This document shows positions 26,387 to 36,964 of a stretch of 53,633 bases of DNA, piece after piece. The notes under the pieces are model-generated. The model worked only from the letters and a program-made list of their open reading frames with translations. It did no database searches and had not been told where the DNA came from. The stretch's first letter is position 1; every line of letters starts with the position of its first letter. A program made the position numbers and the translations under genes. This stretch comes from an uncultured Bacteriovoracaceae bacterium. GTDB lineage: Bacteria; Bdellovibrionota; Bacteriovoracia; Bacteriovoracales; Bacteriovoracaceae. The stretch lies in contig CAXGUD010000024.1 in the NCBI GenBank assembly GCA_964012805.1, forward strand, positions 1 through 53,633, read 5' to 3'.

Positions 26387-28447
26387 TTAATCGTTTTTAT
26401 ATTCTTCCACTTCAATGTCTATCAATTTTTCATCAATAGAAACTTGGTTTCCCTTTTTTTGATGAATATTTTTAACTTTTCCATTAACCTTGGCCTTCAA
26501 TTCATTTTGCATTTTCATAGCTTCAACAATGGCGACAATTTGGCCTTTTTTTACAACATCACCAGATTTAACTAAAATTTCCGATAAAATACCATGCATA
26601 GGAGACAAAATAATACCATCATCTTCTTTTTCTGAAATGATATTTAATTTAGACCAAAGGTTAATAAAACAAAAGTCCTTTCCCTTAAAGTTTAAATAGA
26701 GAGGCGAAAATTTTTCATTATCATTAAAGAAAAAAGAAGCTTTATGAATGATATTCTCAATTTCAATTCTTGCCCTAGAATTTTTTTGTTCAATAATTTT
26801 CACTTTAACTTTATTTAATTCCTCACCATTATCTTTTTGTTTATTAATGCCGCTAACTTCTTCAACTTCATAGATTCCATTTTCAAAAGGGTTTGGTAAG
26901 ACTGACAAATACCAATCTTTTTCTCTACTTTTATAATGACAAAAGAAAGGAAGATTCTTTGAACTTGTCCAATTCATAAGCTCTTCTGAAATCATTAGGG
27001 ATTTTTCTAAAAAAGAGTTTCTTTTTAATTCGTATTCCAAACAAGCCCCGATACAAAGAGCTGTAAAATGCTCACTTTTGGAAATCCCAACCTGCTCTTT
27101 TACAAAATTTATTAAAAAAGAGGTCGTAATATCTTTTTCTATAAATTTATTATTTTCCAATATTTTTAAAAGTAACTCTTTATTTGTTTTAACACCAAAA
27201 AGATCTGTATCCAAAAGGGCATTGACTAAATTTAATCTTGCTTCTTCCCTATCTTTTCCTCGTGAAACAATTTTAGCGACCATTGGATCATAATAGGGAG
27301 TGATATGAATACCTGAAAATAAACCACTATCGAACCTTATACCTTTACTCTTCGCCTCTCTCCATAGAACAACTTCTCCTGTTTGAGGAGCATAATCATT
27401 AGAGGGATCCTCTGTGTAAAGCCTCGCTTCTATGGAGTGACCATTAAATAAAATACTCTCTTGCTCTAAGTTTAAGGGGAAGCCTTGAGCAACTTCAATT
27501 TGTTTTTGAACAAGATCAAGACCTGTTATCATCTCAGTGACAGTATGTTCTACCTGAAGCCTTGTGTTCATTTCCATGAAGTAAAATTTTTTATCTTCAT
27601 CAAATAAAAACTCTACTGTTCCAACTCCAACGTAATTGATTCTTTTTGCTATTTCAACAGCTGCTTTACCAATCTTTTTCCTTAAATCTTCATCTAAAAA
27701 TGAAGAAGGTGCTTCTTCTATTATTTTTTGATGTCTTCTTTGTATTGAACAATCCCTCTCTCCTAAATGAATGCAATTACCATATTGATCGGCTAAAATT
27801 TGCACTTCAATGTGACGTGGATTGAATATTGCTTTTTCCAAAATAATTTCATCACATCCAAAAGAAGAAATAGCTTCCTTCCTTGCTATATCGAGAGAGG
27901 TTATCATTTCACTTTCATCTTTAACCAACCTCATTCCTCTTCCACCACCGCCTTTTGAGGCTTTTATTAAAAGAGGAAAACCAATACCTTTTGCTTCCTT
28001 AAAAATTGTTTCATTGTTTTGATCAATTCCTTGGTAGCCCGGTATACAGGGGATACCAATTTTTAACATTTCTCTTTTGGCCATTCCCTTATTTCCCATC
28101 ATGGAAATTGATTTTTGATCAGGACCGATAAACACCATTCCTTCTTCTACTACTCTTTTTGCAAAGTTTTCATTCTCGGAAAGAAGACCATAGCCAGGGT
28201 GAACAGCTTCGCTGCCTGAATCCTTTGCTAATTTAATTATATTTTCGATATTCAAGTAACTTTCAGATAATGATGATTCTCCTAAAAGGTAAGACTCATC
28301 TGCTTGTGACCTATGTATTGCATCAGCATCTGCTTTCGAGTAAAGTGAAACGGTTTTAAACCCCATTTTATTCGCTGTTTTCAAAACCCTTACAGCAATT
28401 TCGCCTCGATTTGCGACCATGATTTTTTTAAATTTTTTAACCACCAT
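26387..28447 (-). CDS. atuF: Acyl-CoA (geranyl-CoA-like) carboxylase alpha subunit: biotin carboxylase plus biotin carrier
   Basis: ANRGEIA, HPGYG, GGGGRGM, ERDCSIQRRHQK, EMNTRLQVEH, biotinylation site EAMKM. Confidence 0.8.
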   Translation of the reverse strand: MVVKKFKKIMVANRGEIAVRVLKTANKMGFKTVSLYSKADADAIHRSQADESYLLGESSLSESYLNIENIIKLAKDSGSEAVHPGYGLLSENENFAKRVVEEGMVFIGPDQKSISMMGNKGMAKREMLKIGIPCIPGYQGIDQNNETIFKEAKGIGFPLLIKASKGGGGRGMRLVKDESEMITSLDIARKEAISSFGCDEIILEKAIFNPRHIEVQILADQYGNCIHLGERDCSIQRRHQKIIEEAPSSFLDEDLRKKIGKAAVEIAKRINYVGVGTVEFLFDEDKKFYFMEMNTRLQVEHTVTEMITGLDLVQKQIEVAQGFPLNLEQESILFNGHSIEARLYTEDPSNDYAPQTGEVVLWREAKSKGIRFDSGLFSGIHITPYYDPMVAKIVSRGKDREEARLNLVNALLDTDLFGVKTNKELLLKILENNKFIEKDITTSFLINFVKEQVGISKSEHFTALCIGACLEYELKRNSFLEKSLMISEELMNWTSSKNLPFFCHYKSREKDWYLSVLPNPFENGIYEVEEVSGINKQKDNGEELNKVKVKIIEQKNSRARIEIENIIHKASFFFNDNEKFSPLYLNFKGKDFCFINLWSKLNIISEKEDDGIILSPMHGILSEILVKSGDVVKKGQIVAIVEAMKMQNELKAKVNGKVKNIHQKKGNQVSIDEKLIDIEVEEYKND

Positions 28448-28459
28448 TATGTTTACTTC

Positions 28460-29281
28460 CTAAGATTTTATTACTCTCATCCAATCAGGCTTTCTCTTTT
28501 CTAGAAAACTACCATAACCTTCCTTACCTTCATCACTGACTAAACAATCAGCAAATAAATCTGCAGCAAATGGAATTAATTTTTCTTGTTCTAAAACTCT
28601 TACGGCTTCTATCATTTTTTTTGTGGACCTTAGGGCACTAGGTCCACCTTTTAAAACACTTCGTTTAATTTTTTCAACTTGATCATTCATCTCCTTTTCA
28701 TCATTACTAATAAAATCTGCCAATCCCATTTTTAAAGCGTCTTCCCCCCCAGTCATTTTAGCTAATAACATCAACTGACGAGTTTTCTGGAAGCCAATCC
28801 TTTGAATTACATAGGGAGCAATCTGAGCAGGAGTAAGGCCTATCAAAACCTCGGTTAGGGCCATCTTAGCATCTTTCCTGGCCACAATAAAATCTGTAGC
28901 ACAAGCCAAACCAAAGCCACCCGCCATGGCAGATCCCTCTACGACAGCCACCGTTATCTGAGGTAGTGTATGTATTAATTTAAAAAAATTCCCGGCCACC
29001 ACACTCATTTTATGGGCCATACCTCTCGCCTTATCTCCCACTTGGGTCATCTGTTCAAAACCTTTTAGATCTCCGCCCGAACAAAAAACCCCTCCTCGAC
29101 CTCTAAAAGTAACTCCTCTTTTTTTGTTGTCCTTATGAAGGATAGCTAAAATCTCAAAAAGTTCATCTAGCATATCTTCAGAAAGGGCATTTTTAAAATC
29201 GGGTCGGTTCAACCAAATTGTGAGCCATCCATCTTGAGAATCATCTAATTCAATTGTGGTAGTTTTTGGAAGTTTAGTCAC
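28460..29281 (-). CDS. atuE: Enoyl-CoA hydratase (isohexenylglutaconyl-CoA hydratase-like)
   Basis: FCSGGDL, AMAGGFGLAC, LTEVLIGLTPAQIAPYV; lies between the carboxylase subunits. Confidence 0.75.
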   Translation of the reverse strand: MTKLPKTTTIELDDSQDGWLTIWLNRPDFKNALSEDMLDELFEILAILHKDNKKRGVTFRGRGGVFCSGGDLKGFEQMTQVGDKARGMAHKMSVVAGNFFKLIHTLPQITVAVVEGSAMAGGFGLACATDFIVARKDAKMALTEVLIGLTPAQIAPYVIQRIGFQKTRQLMLLAKMTGGEDALKMGLADFISNDEKEMNDQVEKIKRSVLKGGPSALRSTKKMIEAVRVLEQEKLIPFAADLFADCLVSDEGKEGYGSFLEKRKPDWMRVIKS

Positions 29282-29295
29282 TTAATGGATTCTCC

Positions 29296-30921
29296 TTACA
29301 AACGAGCAATGCCAAAACTATTTTGTTTTAAAACCCGATTTTTCCCTTCCCAACAAGTCTCCAAGGCAAAAGCAAGAACCTTTCTTGTATCCCTTGGATC
29401 TATCATTCCATGATCAAGACCTCTCCCAGAAGTAAAGAAAGCATCACTTTGTCTATCGAAGTGATTAATAATGGCCTTTTCCTGTATGGCAAGTTGCTTT
29501 TCATCAAGTTGTTTGCCTTTCCTTTTAGAAGAATTTATCAAAACCTGTCTCATGGTTAGAGCCGCTTGCTCACCACCCATGACTCCTGTCCAAGCATTTG
29601 GCCAAGTAAACAAAAAATCAGGTCTATAAGCGTAGCCACACATCCCATAATTTCCAGCACCGAAACTGGCCCCTATATAAAGCGATATTTTCGGTACTTT
29701 AATATTAGAGACAGCTTGAATCATCTTCGCTCCATGCTTAATCATTCCAGCTTCTTCATATTTCTTTCCAACCATATAGCCTGTTGTATTATTTAGAAAA
29801 ATTAGAGGAATATTGGCACCGTCACAAAGTTGCATAAATTGAGCGGCTTTATTTGCACCATTTGGATCAATTGGCCCATTGTTAGCTATTATTCCACAGG
29901 ACCATCCGCAAATCTCTGATTGTAAACAAACTGTGCTGACTCCATAATCAGGTTTAAAGTCAACAAACTCTGAGCCATCGACAATACAACTAGCTAATTC
30001 CCTGACATCATATTGTTTTTTGTAATCGATAGGAACTATTCCTGCTATATCAGAGCTATCAAAATATGGTCTTTTAATCTTTTTATTGTTACATTTTTTC
30101 TCAAAACTATGATTCCAATTCAAGCGACCTACTATATCTCTAGCTATCGAAATTCCATGAGCATCATTTTCCGCTACATATTCAATAAGGCCCGATTTTG
30201 TTGAGTGCATTTCAACACCACCAAGTTCGTCATCAGTAGAAACTTCACCTGTTGCTGCTCTAACAAGAGCGGCTCCTGCCAATGCGGCCATTCCATTTTT
30301 CTTTACTCCAATAACATAATCACTCATTCCTGGTTGATATGCTCCTCCAGCAGTTGAAGGACCATGTAGAACTGTTATGGTAGGAATTCCAGCTGCACTC
30401 AAAAGTGCCAAACCATGAAACATCCCACCACCATGGGCCCAGAGTTCAACCGTATAATTCATGAGGTTAGCGCCAGCACTTTCAACTAAATGAATAAAAG
30501 GAAGTTTTTGTTTTTCCGCAATCTTTAAAATTCCTAAGGCCTTTTCTACACTTTTAGTTGTAGATGCTCCTGCGTTGATTCCACTATCATCAACCATCAC
30601 CATGGATCTAACGCCATTAACAAAACCAATTCCTGAAAGGATATTTCCGCCAGGAATACTTGTATCTGGGTTTTCATCATCAACAAGGTAGTTACTCATA
30701 TTATAAAGTTCTAGAAAAGGCAGACCCGGATCCAAAAGATGAGACAACCTTTCCCTTGGAGTTAACTGACTTCGCTCCCTGAATCGAGGCTTCCTTTTTT
30801 CTGAGAGGTCTCTAGCTCTTTTCTCTAAAATTCTCATTCGATCGACAAGTTTGAGCATATCTTCTCGGTTTTTTTTAAACTCTTCAGACTCTCGATCAAT
30901 TTGGGATTTAAATTCACTCAT
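29296..30921 (-). CDS. atuC: Acyl-CoA (geranyl-CoA-like) carboxylase beta (carboxyltransferase) subunit
   Basis: LTPRERL..LLD, HLVESAGANL, STAGGAY, NTTGYMVG, SFGAGNYGMCG, VMGGEQAA. Confidence 0.8.
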   Translation of the reverse strand: MSEFKSQIDRESEEFKKNREDMLKLVDRMRILEKRARDLSEKRKPRFRERSQLTPRERLSHLLDPGLPFLELYNMSNYLVDDENPDTSIPGGNILSGIGFVNGVRSMVMVDDSGINAGASTTKSVEKALGILKIAEKQKLPFIHLVESAGANLMNYTVELWAHGGGMFHGLALLSAAGIPTITVLHGPSTAGGAYQPGMSDYVIGVKKNGMAALAGAALVRAATGEVSTDDELGGVEMHSTKSGLIEYVAENDAHGISIARDIVGRLNWNHSFEKKCNNKKIKRPYFDSSDIAGIVPIDYKKQYDVRELASCIVDGSEFVDFKPDYGVSTVCLQSEICGWSCGIIANNGPIDPNGANKAAQFMQLCDGANIPLIFLNNTTGYMVGKKYEEAGMIKHGAKMIQAVSNIKVPKISLYIGASFGAGNYGMCGYAYRPDFLFTWPNAWTGVMGGEQAALTMRQVLINSSKRKGKQLDEKQLAIQEKAIINHFDRQSDAFFTSGRGLDHGMIDPRDTRKVLAFALETCWEGKNRVLKQNSFGIARL

Positions 30922-30924
30922 GTT

Positions 30925-31725
30925 CTAGCTCTCCACTCTCCGTTTTCCAGCTTTAGGTGGGTCAACAGGTGGTCCAGCAAAACATTGAGCGATATCCATC
31001 CACTTGTAAGCGGCTTCACCAAAAAGTGTTAAAGAAGTATCTTTAATATTTCTTACTTGAGTAACGACCTGACAAAAATCGACAGCCGATCCAATAATAG
31101 AACTCTTTTCATTTTTCTCATTCCACTCCCAAATTTCTCCAGAAGGTGAAATCAGTTTTAAATAAGGAGTATCACCCGGGACATCCACTTTTCTATTATT
31201 AAAGGTCCAATTAAAAGTTTTCAGACCAATAACAGCTACATTTTTTATTCTATCTGAATGATTTCTTTTTTCTCCAACTAAATCATAAATAGCTTGAGCA
31301 TGGGCCCATGTTTCCATGTATCTTGCCGTAACAAACATTTGGACCCCCATATCTGGACCAAACCAGGGTATCCTCATTTTTAAATTTCTTTCACCTAAAG
31401 ATTTGGAAAGCTTAAAGGCCGTATTTTCCCACTTTTTCAAAAGCTCATTAGCTCCAAGATCAGTATATTTCAACCTCGCTATCATTTGATTTGATTTTCC
31501 TTCTTTATAGTCTTTAAGGAGTTCGCCTTTTTCATAATCAAAAGCATCCCCCCCTCTCAAAGCGACAAGAGAAAATTCATCAAAAAAATGAAGATGGGCG
31601 ATAATGTCCCAAGGGGACCATTGATTAAAAGCTGTTTCTCTGTGCCAGACTTCTTCATCTAAGGTCTTTAAAAAGTTTTTTAGCTCTGTAACCTCGTCAT
31701 AAAAATCGTTACAAACGTCAAGCAC
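30925..31725 (-). CDS. TIGR03084-type metal-binding protein (DinB/MDMPI-like fold)
   Basis: W...DIIAHL, PWFGP.M, TARYMETWAH, GSAVDFCQVVTQ.R, IAQCFAGPP; overlaps the end of atuA. Confidence 0.8.
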   Translation of the reverse strand: MLDVCNDFYDEVTELKNFLKTLDEEVWHRETAFNQWSPWDIIAHLHFFDEFSLVALRGGDAFDYEKGELLKDYKEGKSNQMIARLKYTDLGANELLKKWENTAFKLSKSLGERNLKMRIPWFGPDMGVQMFVTARYMETWAHAQAIYDLVGEKRNHSDRIKNVAVIGLKTFNWTFNNRKVDVPGDTPYLKLISPSGEIWEWNEKNEKSSIIGSAVDFCQVVTQVRNIKDTSLTLFGEAAYKWMDIAQCFAGPPVDPPKAGKRRVES

Positions 31726-33538
31726 TATACAACTCCTTTTCTAATGCTTTTGGTATGGAAACTTGGAATTCAAGTAATTGTTGAGCATAAGCTTTTCCTT
31801 GCGGGTCAAGATTAAAGCTTGACATCCCTCCGCCACCTAAGCAGTTTTTTAAAATAATATTAACTCCATCAATTCCTGGAACGTCATAGAAAATAACCTC
31901 CCCTTTTAATACATGCTTGAAAAAAGATGACAAAGTATCAGCATTTAATACTTCTTTTATATAGGGAAGGTATTCTGGTTTTCTAGCAATAATACCAATA
32001 TTTACGTGATCCCCTTTATCTCCACTTCTAGCAAAAGCTAACTTAAAAAGAGGTACTTTAACTATGTCGTTATTATCCAGTTTAATTTTACTTGTTATGT
32101 AGGATCCCTTTTCTAAGTCTTTGCGATCCGTCGTATTATTTTTATCAATAGGGAGTTCAAACGCTTCTTTTTTATCATTTATTGTAATGGAGTGTTTTAC
32201 ATCATTTTTATCAATAAAAAATGAAAATAACTTAATAGAAGGAGATACAGAAGGCCTTCCGCCTAAAAAATTCATAATTCCTGGAACAGTGCCGGTTGCT
32301 GCCTGGGCCATTTCTTTAGAAAAAATAACAAGAGCTTCTTTCTTCTTATGGGCTGCCATTAATCTCAGAGCAACCTCTCTAGGTTCCTCTTTTAGATAAG
32401 GCTTGGCATTATCACCATAGATTGATTCAGTCCCGACTATAGTTTCCGCCGTATTAGTAAAATCATCTAAATTCATTTTTTCAAAAATGCTTCGTGTTTT
32501 TCCAAAAATGGCTTTTGAAGCAATTCTCGCCTTTTTTACTGCATCAAGACCACCAAGAACCATAACAGAACATAAGCGAAACCCGTCAGAATATGTAGCT
32601 GAAACCTTGTAAGATGAGGTAGGAGGTACACCTTTAGCACCTTTAACCAAAACTTTATTTTTTTTAATTTCTGTAACAATGACATTACTAAAATCACATA
32701 CAACATCAGGAAGTATATAGGCGCTTGGATTTCCTATTTCATAAAGAAATTGTTCACATACAGAGCCTTTAGAAACAACACCACCTGTCCCCTCAGGTTT
32801 TGTAACAATAAAATCTCCATTAGGAGAAACTTCAACGATAGGAAACCCCATATTATCAAAGCCTGAAACGCTTTCCCAATCAGTAAAGTTACCACCTGTC
32901 GCATGAGCTCCACATTCAATAATATGACCCGCTAAAGATCCTTTCGCAAGAAGATCATAATCTAAATAACTCCAATCAAACTCATAACAGAGCGGACCTA
33001 AAGCTAGAGCGCTATCAACAACTCTTCCTGTTACAACAATATCTGCTCCTTTTTCCAAAGCTTTACTAATTCCTGGAGCACCTAGGTAAGCATTAACACT
33101 TAATAAGTTTTCAGGAAGTGATTTAAGGGAGTCAATTTCTTTAAAATTACCACTTTCTAAGAGATCTTTTTCTTCAATTAAATTGTCTCCTTCAACAATG
33201 GCAATACTTAAATCAACTCCATTTTCAAGACAAATTCTTTTAATGGCATCTTGGCAAGAGGTTAAATTGATTCCCCCGGCATTACTGATAATTTTAATTC
33301 CTTTTTCCTTTATTTCTTTTAGATGAGGAGCAATTATTTGCACAAAATCTGTTGCATAACCAAGATTCTTATTTTTTATTTTCGCCCCTGCTAAAATACT
33401 CATTGTTACTTCAGCAAGAAAATCAAAAATGATATAATCACAATTTCCTTTTGAAATTAGCTGAGGAAAAGCAGTGGTAGTATCACCCCAAAAAGCCGAA
33501 GCGCAACCAATCCGAATTATTTTTTCTTTATCCGTCAT
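31718..33538 (-). CDS. atuA: Acyclic terpene utilisation AtuA-family protein (DUF1446)
   Basis: RIGCASAFWGD, DFLAEVTM, NAYLG, TGRVVD, GHIIECG, LYEIG.P, ARSGDKG, LGGGG...DPQGK. Confidence 0.9.
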   Translation of the reverse strand: MTDKEKIIRIGCASAFWGDTTTAFPQLISKGNCDYIIFDFLAEVTMSILAGAKIKNKNLGYATDFVQIIAPHLKEIKEKGIKIISNAGGINLTSCQDAIKRICLENGVDLSIAIVEGDNLIEEKDLLESGNFKEIDSLKSLPENLLSVNAYLGAPGISKALEKGADIVVTGRVVDSALALGPLCYEFDWSYLDYDLLAKGSLAGHIIECGAHATGGNFTDWESVSGFDNMGFPIVEVSPNGDFIVTKPEGTGGVVSKGSVCEQFLYEIGNPSAYILPDVVCDFSNVIVTEIKKNKVLVKGAKGVPPTSSYKVSATYSDGFRLCSVMVLGGLDAVKKARIASKAIFGKTRSIFEKMNLDDFTNTAETIVGTESIYGDNAKPYLKEEPREVALRLMAAHKKKEALVIFSKEMAQAATGTVPGIMNFLGGRPSVSPSIKLFSFFIDKNDVKHSITINDKKEAFELPIDKNNTTDRKDLEKGSYITSKIKLDNNDIVKVPLFKLAFARSGDKGDHVNIGIIARKPEYLPYIKEVLNADTLSSFFKHVLKGEVIFYDVPGIDGVNIILKNCLGGGGMSSFNLDPQGKAYAQQLLEFQVSIPKALEKELYSA

Positions 33539-33549
33539 AAAAAAGATCC

Positions 33550-35682
33550 TTATTCTTTTTTATCCACCATTTCTACTAGCATATGAGGTGGAGAGAAACG
33601 AGGCCCATATGCTAAAGACATTTCCTTAGTTCTCTCAAGAAAACGCATTACTCCATAATCAAATATATATTGAAATGTTCCCCCTTTGAATGGAGCAAAC
33701 CCCCACCCAAATAAACTGCCTATATTTGCATCGGCTTCGCTATTAATCACATTTTCCTGAAAACACCTTAGAGTTTCTAAAACTTGAACAAATAATAATC
33801 TTTCAACCATCTCATTTATTTCTAAATTTTTACCAGACCCAGGGAAATAATCCCTCAATTTAGGCCATAAATACTTTTTACCGTTATCCGGATATTCATA
33901 AAAACCGGCACCCTCTGCTTTACCCGTGCGTTTAAGTTTCTCAACCATAAGATTAAGAACATCATCTCCTTGATATTCAACAAACTCTTTTCCTTCCTCT
34001 TCAAAATCCTTCTTTGTCTGGATCATAACTTTTTTTGAAAGATTTAAATTAATTTCATCCATTAAGGCCAAAGGACCTACTGGCATGCCTGCCTTTTTGC
34101 CGGCGGACTCAATCAACTGTGGGTCATTTCCTTCACTTAAAAGGGCCATCCCCTCATGAACGTAAGTTGAAAAAACTCTTGATGTGTAAAAGCCACGACT
34201 ATCTTTGACAATTATAGGAATTTTCTTTATCTTAAGAACAAAATCAAAGGCTTTAGCTAGAGTTTCATCAGTCGTCCTTTCTCCCTTTATAATTTCAACC
34301 AATTTCATTTTATGAACAGGACTAAAGAAATGAAGACCAATAAAGTTTTCAGGTCTTTTTGTGACTTTGGCCAATGAAGTGATCGGCAATGTTGAAGTAT
34401 TTGAGGCTAAAACTCCAGTTTTGTCTATATAAGACTCTACGACCTCATTAACCGAAGCCTTAACGGCGCGGTCTTCAAAAACAGCCTCTATCACTAAATC
34501 ACAATCTTTAAGTATCGATGGATTTGTACCGTATTTGATTTTTGATAGTATTCTTGTTCTTTTTTCTTCGCTTATCTTTCCTTTTTTAGAACCTTCTTCT
34601 AAAAGTGATTCAACCTTTTTATAAGCTTTATTTAGCGCTTCTTCACTCCTATCGATCATCACAGTTTCTATACCACTAAGAGCAGTTACATAAGTGATTC
34701 CATGACCCATCATCCCAGCACCAATAATTCCTACTTTTTTAGTTTCTTTTGGAGGTATATTTTTTGGGCGGCCTACCCCTTGACCTATTTCATTAAGTTG
34801 AAACCAAGTTACTTTTAAAATATTTTTGCACTCTTTACTTGTAACAACTTCTGCAAAGGCCCTCGATTCAATTCGAGAAGCCGTTTCAAAGTCAACCATA
34901 CTTCCTTCAACAGCACTCGCCATGATTGCTTTCCCTGCAGGGTAATGACCCCATGTTTTTTTTAATAAAAGAATAGGGGCCATTATTAGCTTTTGTACTA
35001 AAGAAGGACTTTGTGGGTTACCACCAGGGATATTTGCTCCCTTTTTGTGCCAGGGCTGCTTGGATTCTGGATTCTTTAAAATCCATTCCCTCGATTTTTT
35101 AAGAAGTCCTTCTAAATCCGAAGCTATATCATGAATAAGACCTTCCTCTTTGGCTTTATCAGGATTAATTTGATTTCCTTCTAAAAGAAATTGTAATGCT
35201 TTCTCAAGACCAATAAGCCTCACAAGTCTAGTTACACCACCACCACCTGGGAGAAGGCCTAGAGTAACTTCCGGGAAGCCAAACTTAATATTAGTATCTT
35301 TTAATGACACTCTAAAATGACAGGTCAATGCTACTTCCATTCCTCCGCCTAGGGCCGTTCCATTTATAGCTGCCGCAATAGGTACTCCTAAAGTTTCAAA
35401 CTCTAGCATTACCTTTTTACTGGATTCAGACATCTTAAATGCTTCTTCCGGATCGAATATCTTATATAGCATTTCAATATCACCACCTGCTATAAAAGTT
35501 TTTTTAGCAGAGGTTAAAATAACTCCTTTTAAATTTTTTTCATTTTGTAATTTATTAATGGCCTCTTGAAAGGAATCAAGAAACTCTTTATTTATGACAT
35601 TGACAGACTTACCTTTCATATCCATGGTAATAGTTACAATATTATCCCGATCTAAATTGTAATGAAAGCCCATAGGGTCCAT
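33550..35682 (-). CDS. Fatty-acid oxidation complex alpha subunit (FadB/FadJ-like)
   Basis: FIAGGDI, ALGGGME, PEVTLGLLPGGGG, GAGMMG, ASNTSTLPI, GLHFFSPV. Confidence 0.92.
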   Translation of the reverse strand: MDPMGFHYNLDRDNIVTITMDMKGKSVNVINKEFLDSFQEAINKLQNEKNLKGVILTSAKKTFIAGGDIEMLYKIFDPEEAFKMSESSKKVMLEFETLGVPIAAAINGTALGGGMEVALTCHFRVSLKDTNIKFGFPEVTLGLLPGGGGVTRLVRLIGLEKALQFLLEGNQINPDKAKEEGLIHDIASDLEGLLKKSREWILKNPESKQPWHKKGANIPGGNPQSPSLVQKLIMAPILLLKKTWGHYPAGKAIMASAVEGSMVDFETASRIESRAFAEVVTSKECKNILKVTWFQLNEIGQGVGRPKNIPPKETKKVGIIGAGMMGHGITYVTALSGIETVMIDRSEEALNKAYKKVESLLEEGSKKGKISEEKRTRILSKIKYGTNPSILKDCDLVIEAVFEDRAVKASVNEVVESYIDKTGVLASNTSTLPITSLAKVTKRPENFIGLHFFSPVHKMKLVEIIKGERTTDETLAKAFDFVLKIKKIPIIVKDSRGFYTSRVFSTYVHEGMALLSEGNDPQLIESAGKKAGMPVGPLALMDEINLNLSKKVMIQTKKDFEEEGKEFVEYQGDDVLNLMVEKLKRTGKAEGAGFYEYPDNGKKYLWPKLRDYFPGSGKNLEINEMVERLLFVQVLETLRCFQENVINSEADANIGSLFGWGFAPFKGGTFQYIFDYGVMRFLERTKEMSLAYGPRFSPPHMLVEMVDKKE

Positions 35683-35728
35683 CTCCTTCTTTAGGCAAAA
35701 CCCCTAATTAAAAAATTTTTTTGAATTC

Positions 35729-36934
35729 CTATACCCTTTCAATTATTGTCGCAATTCCCATGCCTCCACCAACACAAAGTGTCACTAGGCCTGTTTCTAA
35801 ATCCCTCTCTTCCAGTTCATCAATCAGAGTTCCCATAAGCATTGAACCTGTTGCACCTAGGGGATGACCTAAAGCGATCGAACCTCCATTAACGTTCACA
35901 TTATTAAGGTCTTTTAAATTTAAATCCCTAGCGAATCTTAAAACCACGGAGGCAAATGCCTCATTAACTTCCAGAAGATCAATATCGGAAATGTTCATTT
36001 TTGCTTTCTTAAGTGCCTTTTTTGTTGCGGGTCCTGGACCAGTTAACATAATTATAGGGTCGGTTCCCACTAAAGCTGAGGAGAGAATTTTAACTTTTGG
36101 TTTTAAACCTAATTCTTTTCCTTTTTCTTTAGAACCTATTAAAACTAAAGCGGATCCATCCACGATACCAGAAGAGTTACCTGGTGTGTGGACATGATTA
36201 ATATTTTCTATATGAGGGTAATTTTGTAAAGCAACCGAATCTAATCCCAATAAGCCTATAGATTCAAAAGAAGGTTTGAGATTCTTTAAATCATCAAGAG
36301 TGGTTCCTTTTCTTATATACTCATCATGGTCTAAAATTAAAAGGCCATTTTGATCGCAGACAGGAATAATAGACTTAAACTTACCTTCTTCTTTTGCCTT
36401 GTTTGCCTTTATTTGGCTCTCAAGAGCAAATTGATCAACATCTTTTCTTGAAAATTTTTCTATGGTTGCAATTAGGTCGGCTCCAATCCCTTGAGGTATA
36501 AAAGGCGTTTTAAAACTCACCTTAGGATCACTGGCCATAGGCCCGCCATCCGATCCCATGGGGACTCGACTCATGCATTCAACACCTCCTGCTACAATGA
36601 GATTTTCCCAACCTGAAAGAACTTTCATGGCGGCCAAGTTTATTGTTTCTAAACCTGTGGCGCAAAACCTGTTGACCTGCATAGCAGGTACATCTAAATC
36701 CCAATCTGCGTATTGAACTGCCATTTTGGCGATATTACTACCTTGTTCACCAACTGGAGTAACACATCCTATAATAACATCATCAACTTCAGATGTTTCC
36801 AGCTGATTTCGAGTTTTCATTTCTCTCATAAGTCCTGCCAATAAATTTATTGGAGTAATTTCATTTAGCGCACCTTTTCTACGTTTCCCTCTTGGTGTTC
36901 TTATACAATCAAATACAAAAGCTCCCTTGCCCAT
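35729..36934 (-). CDS. fadA: Acetyl-CoA C-acyltransferase (3-ketoacyl-CoA thiolase)
   Basis: NRFCATG (nucleophile Cys), NEAFA, GHPLGATG, LCVGGGMG. Confidence 0.9.
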   Translation of the reverse strand: MGKGAFVFDCIRTPRGKRRKGALNEITPINLLAGLMREMKTRNQLETSEVDDVIIGCVTPVGEQGSNIAKMAVQYADWDLDVPAMQVNRFCATGLETINLAAMKVLSGWENLIVAGGVECMSRVPMGSDGGPMASDPKVSFKTPFIPQGIGADLIATIEKFSRKDVDQFALESQIKANKAKEEGKFKSIIPVCDQNGLLILDHDEYIRKGTTLDDLKNLKPSFESIGLLGLDSVALQNYPHIENINHVHTPGNSSGIVDGSALVLIGSKEKGKELGLKPKVKILSSALVGTDPIIMLTGPGPATKKALKKAKMNISDIDLLEVNEAFASVVLRFARDLNLKDLNNVNVNGGSIALGHPLGATGSMLMGTLIDELEERDLETGLVTLCVGGGMGIATIIERV

Positions 36935-36964
36935 ACAATCTTCTCCAATTATCCTGACTATATC

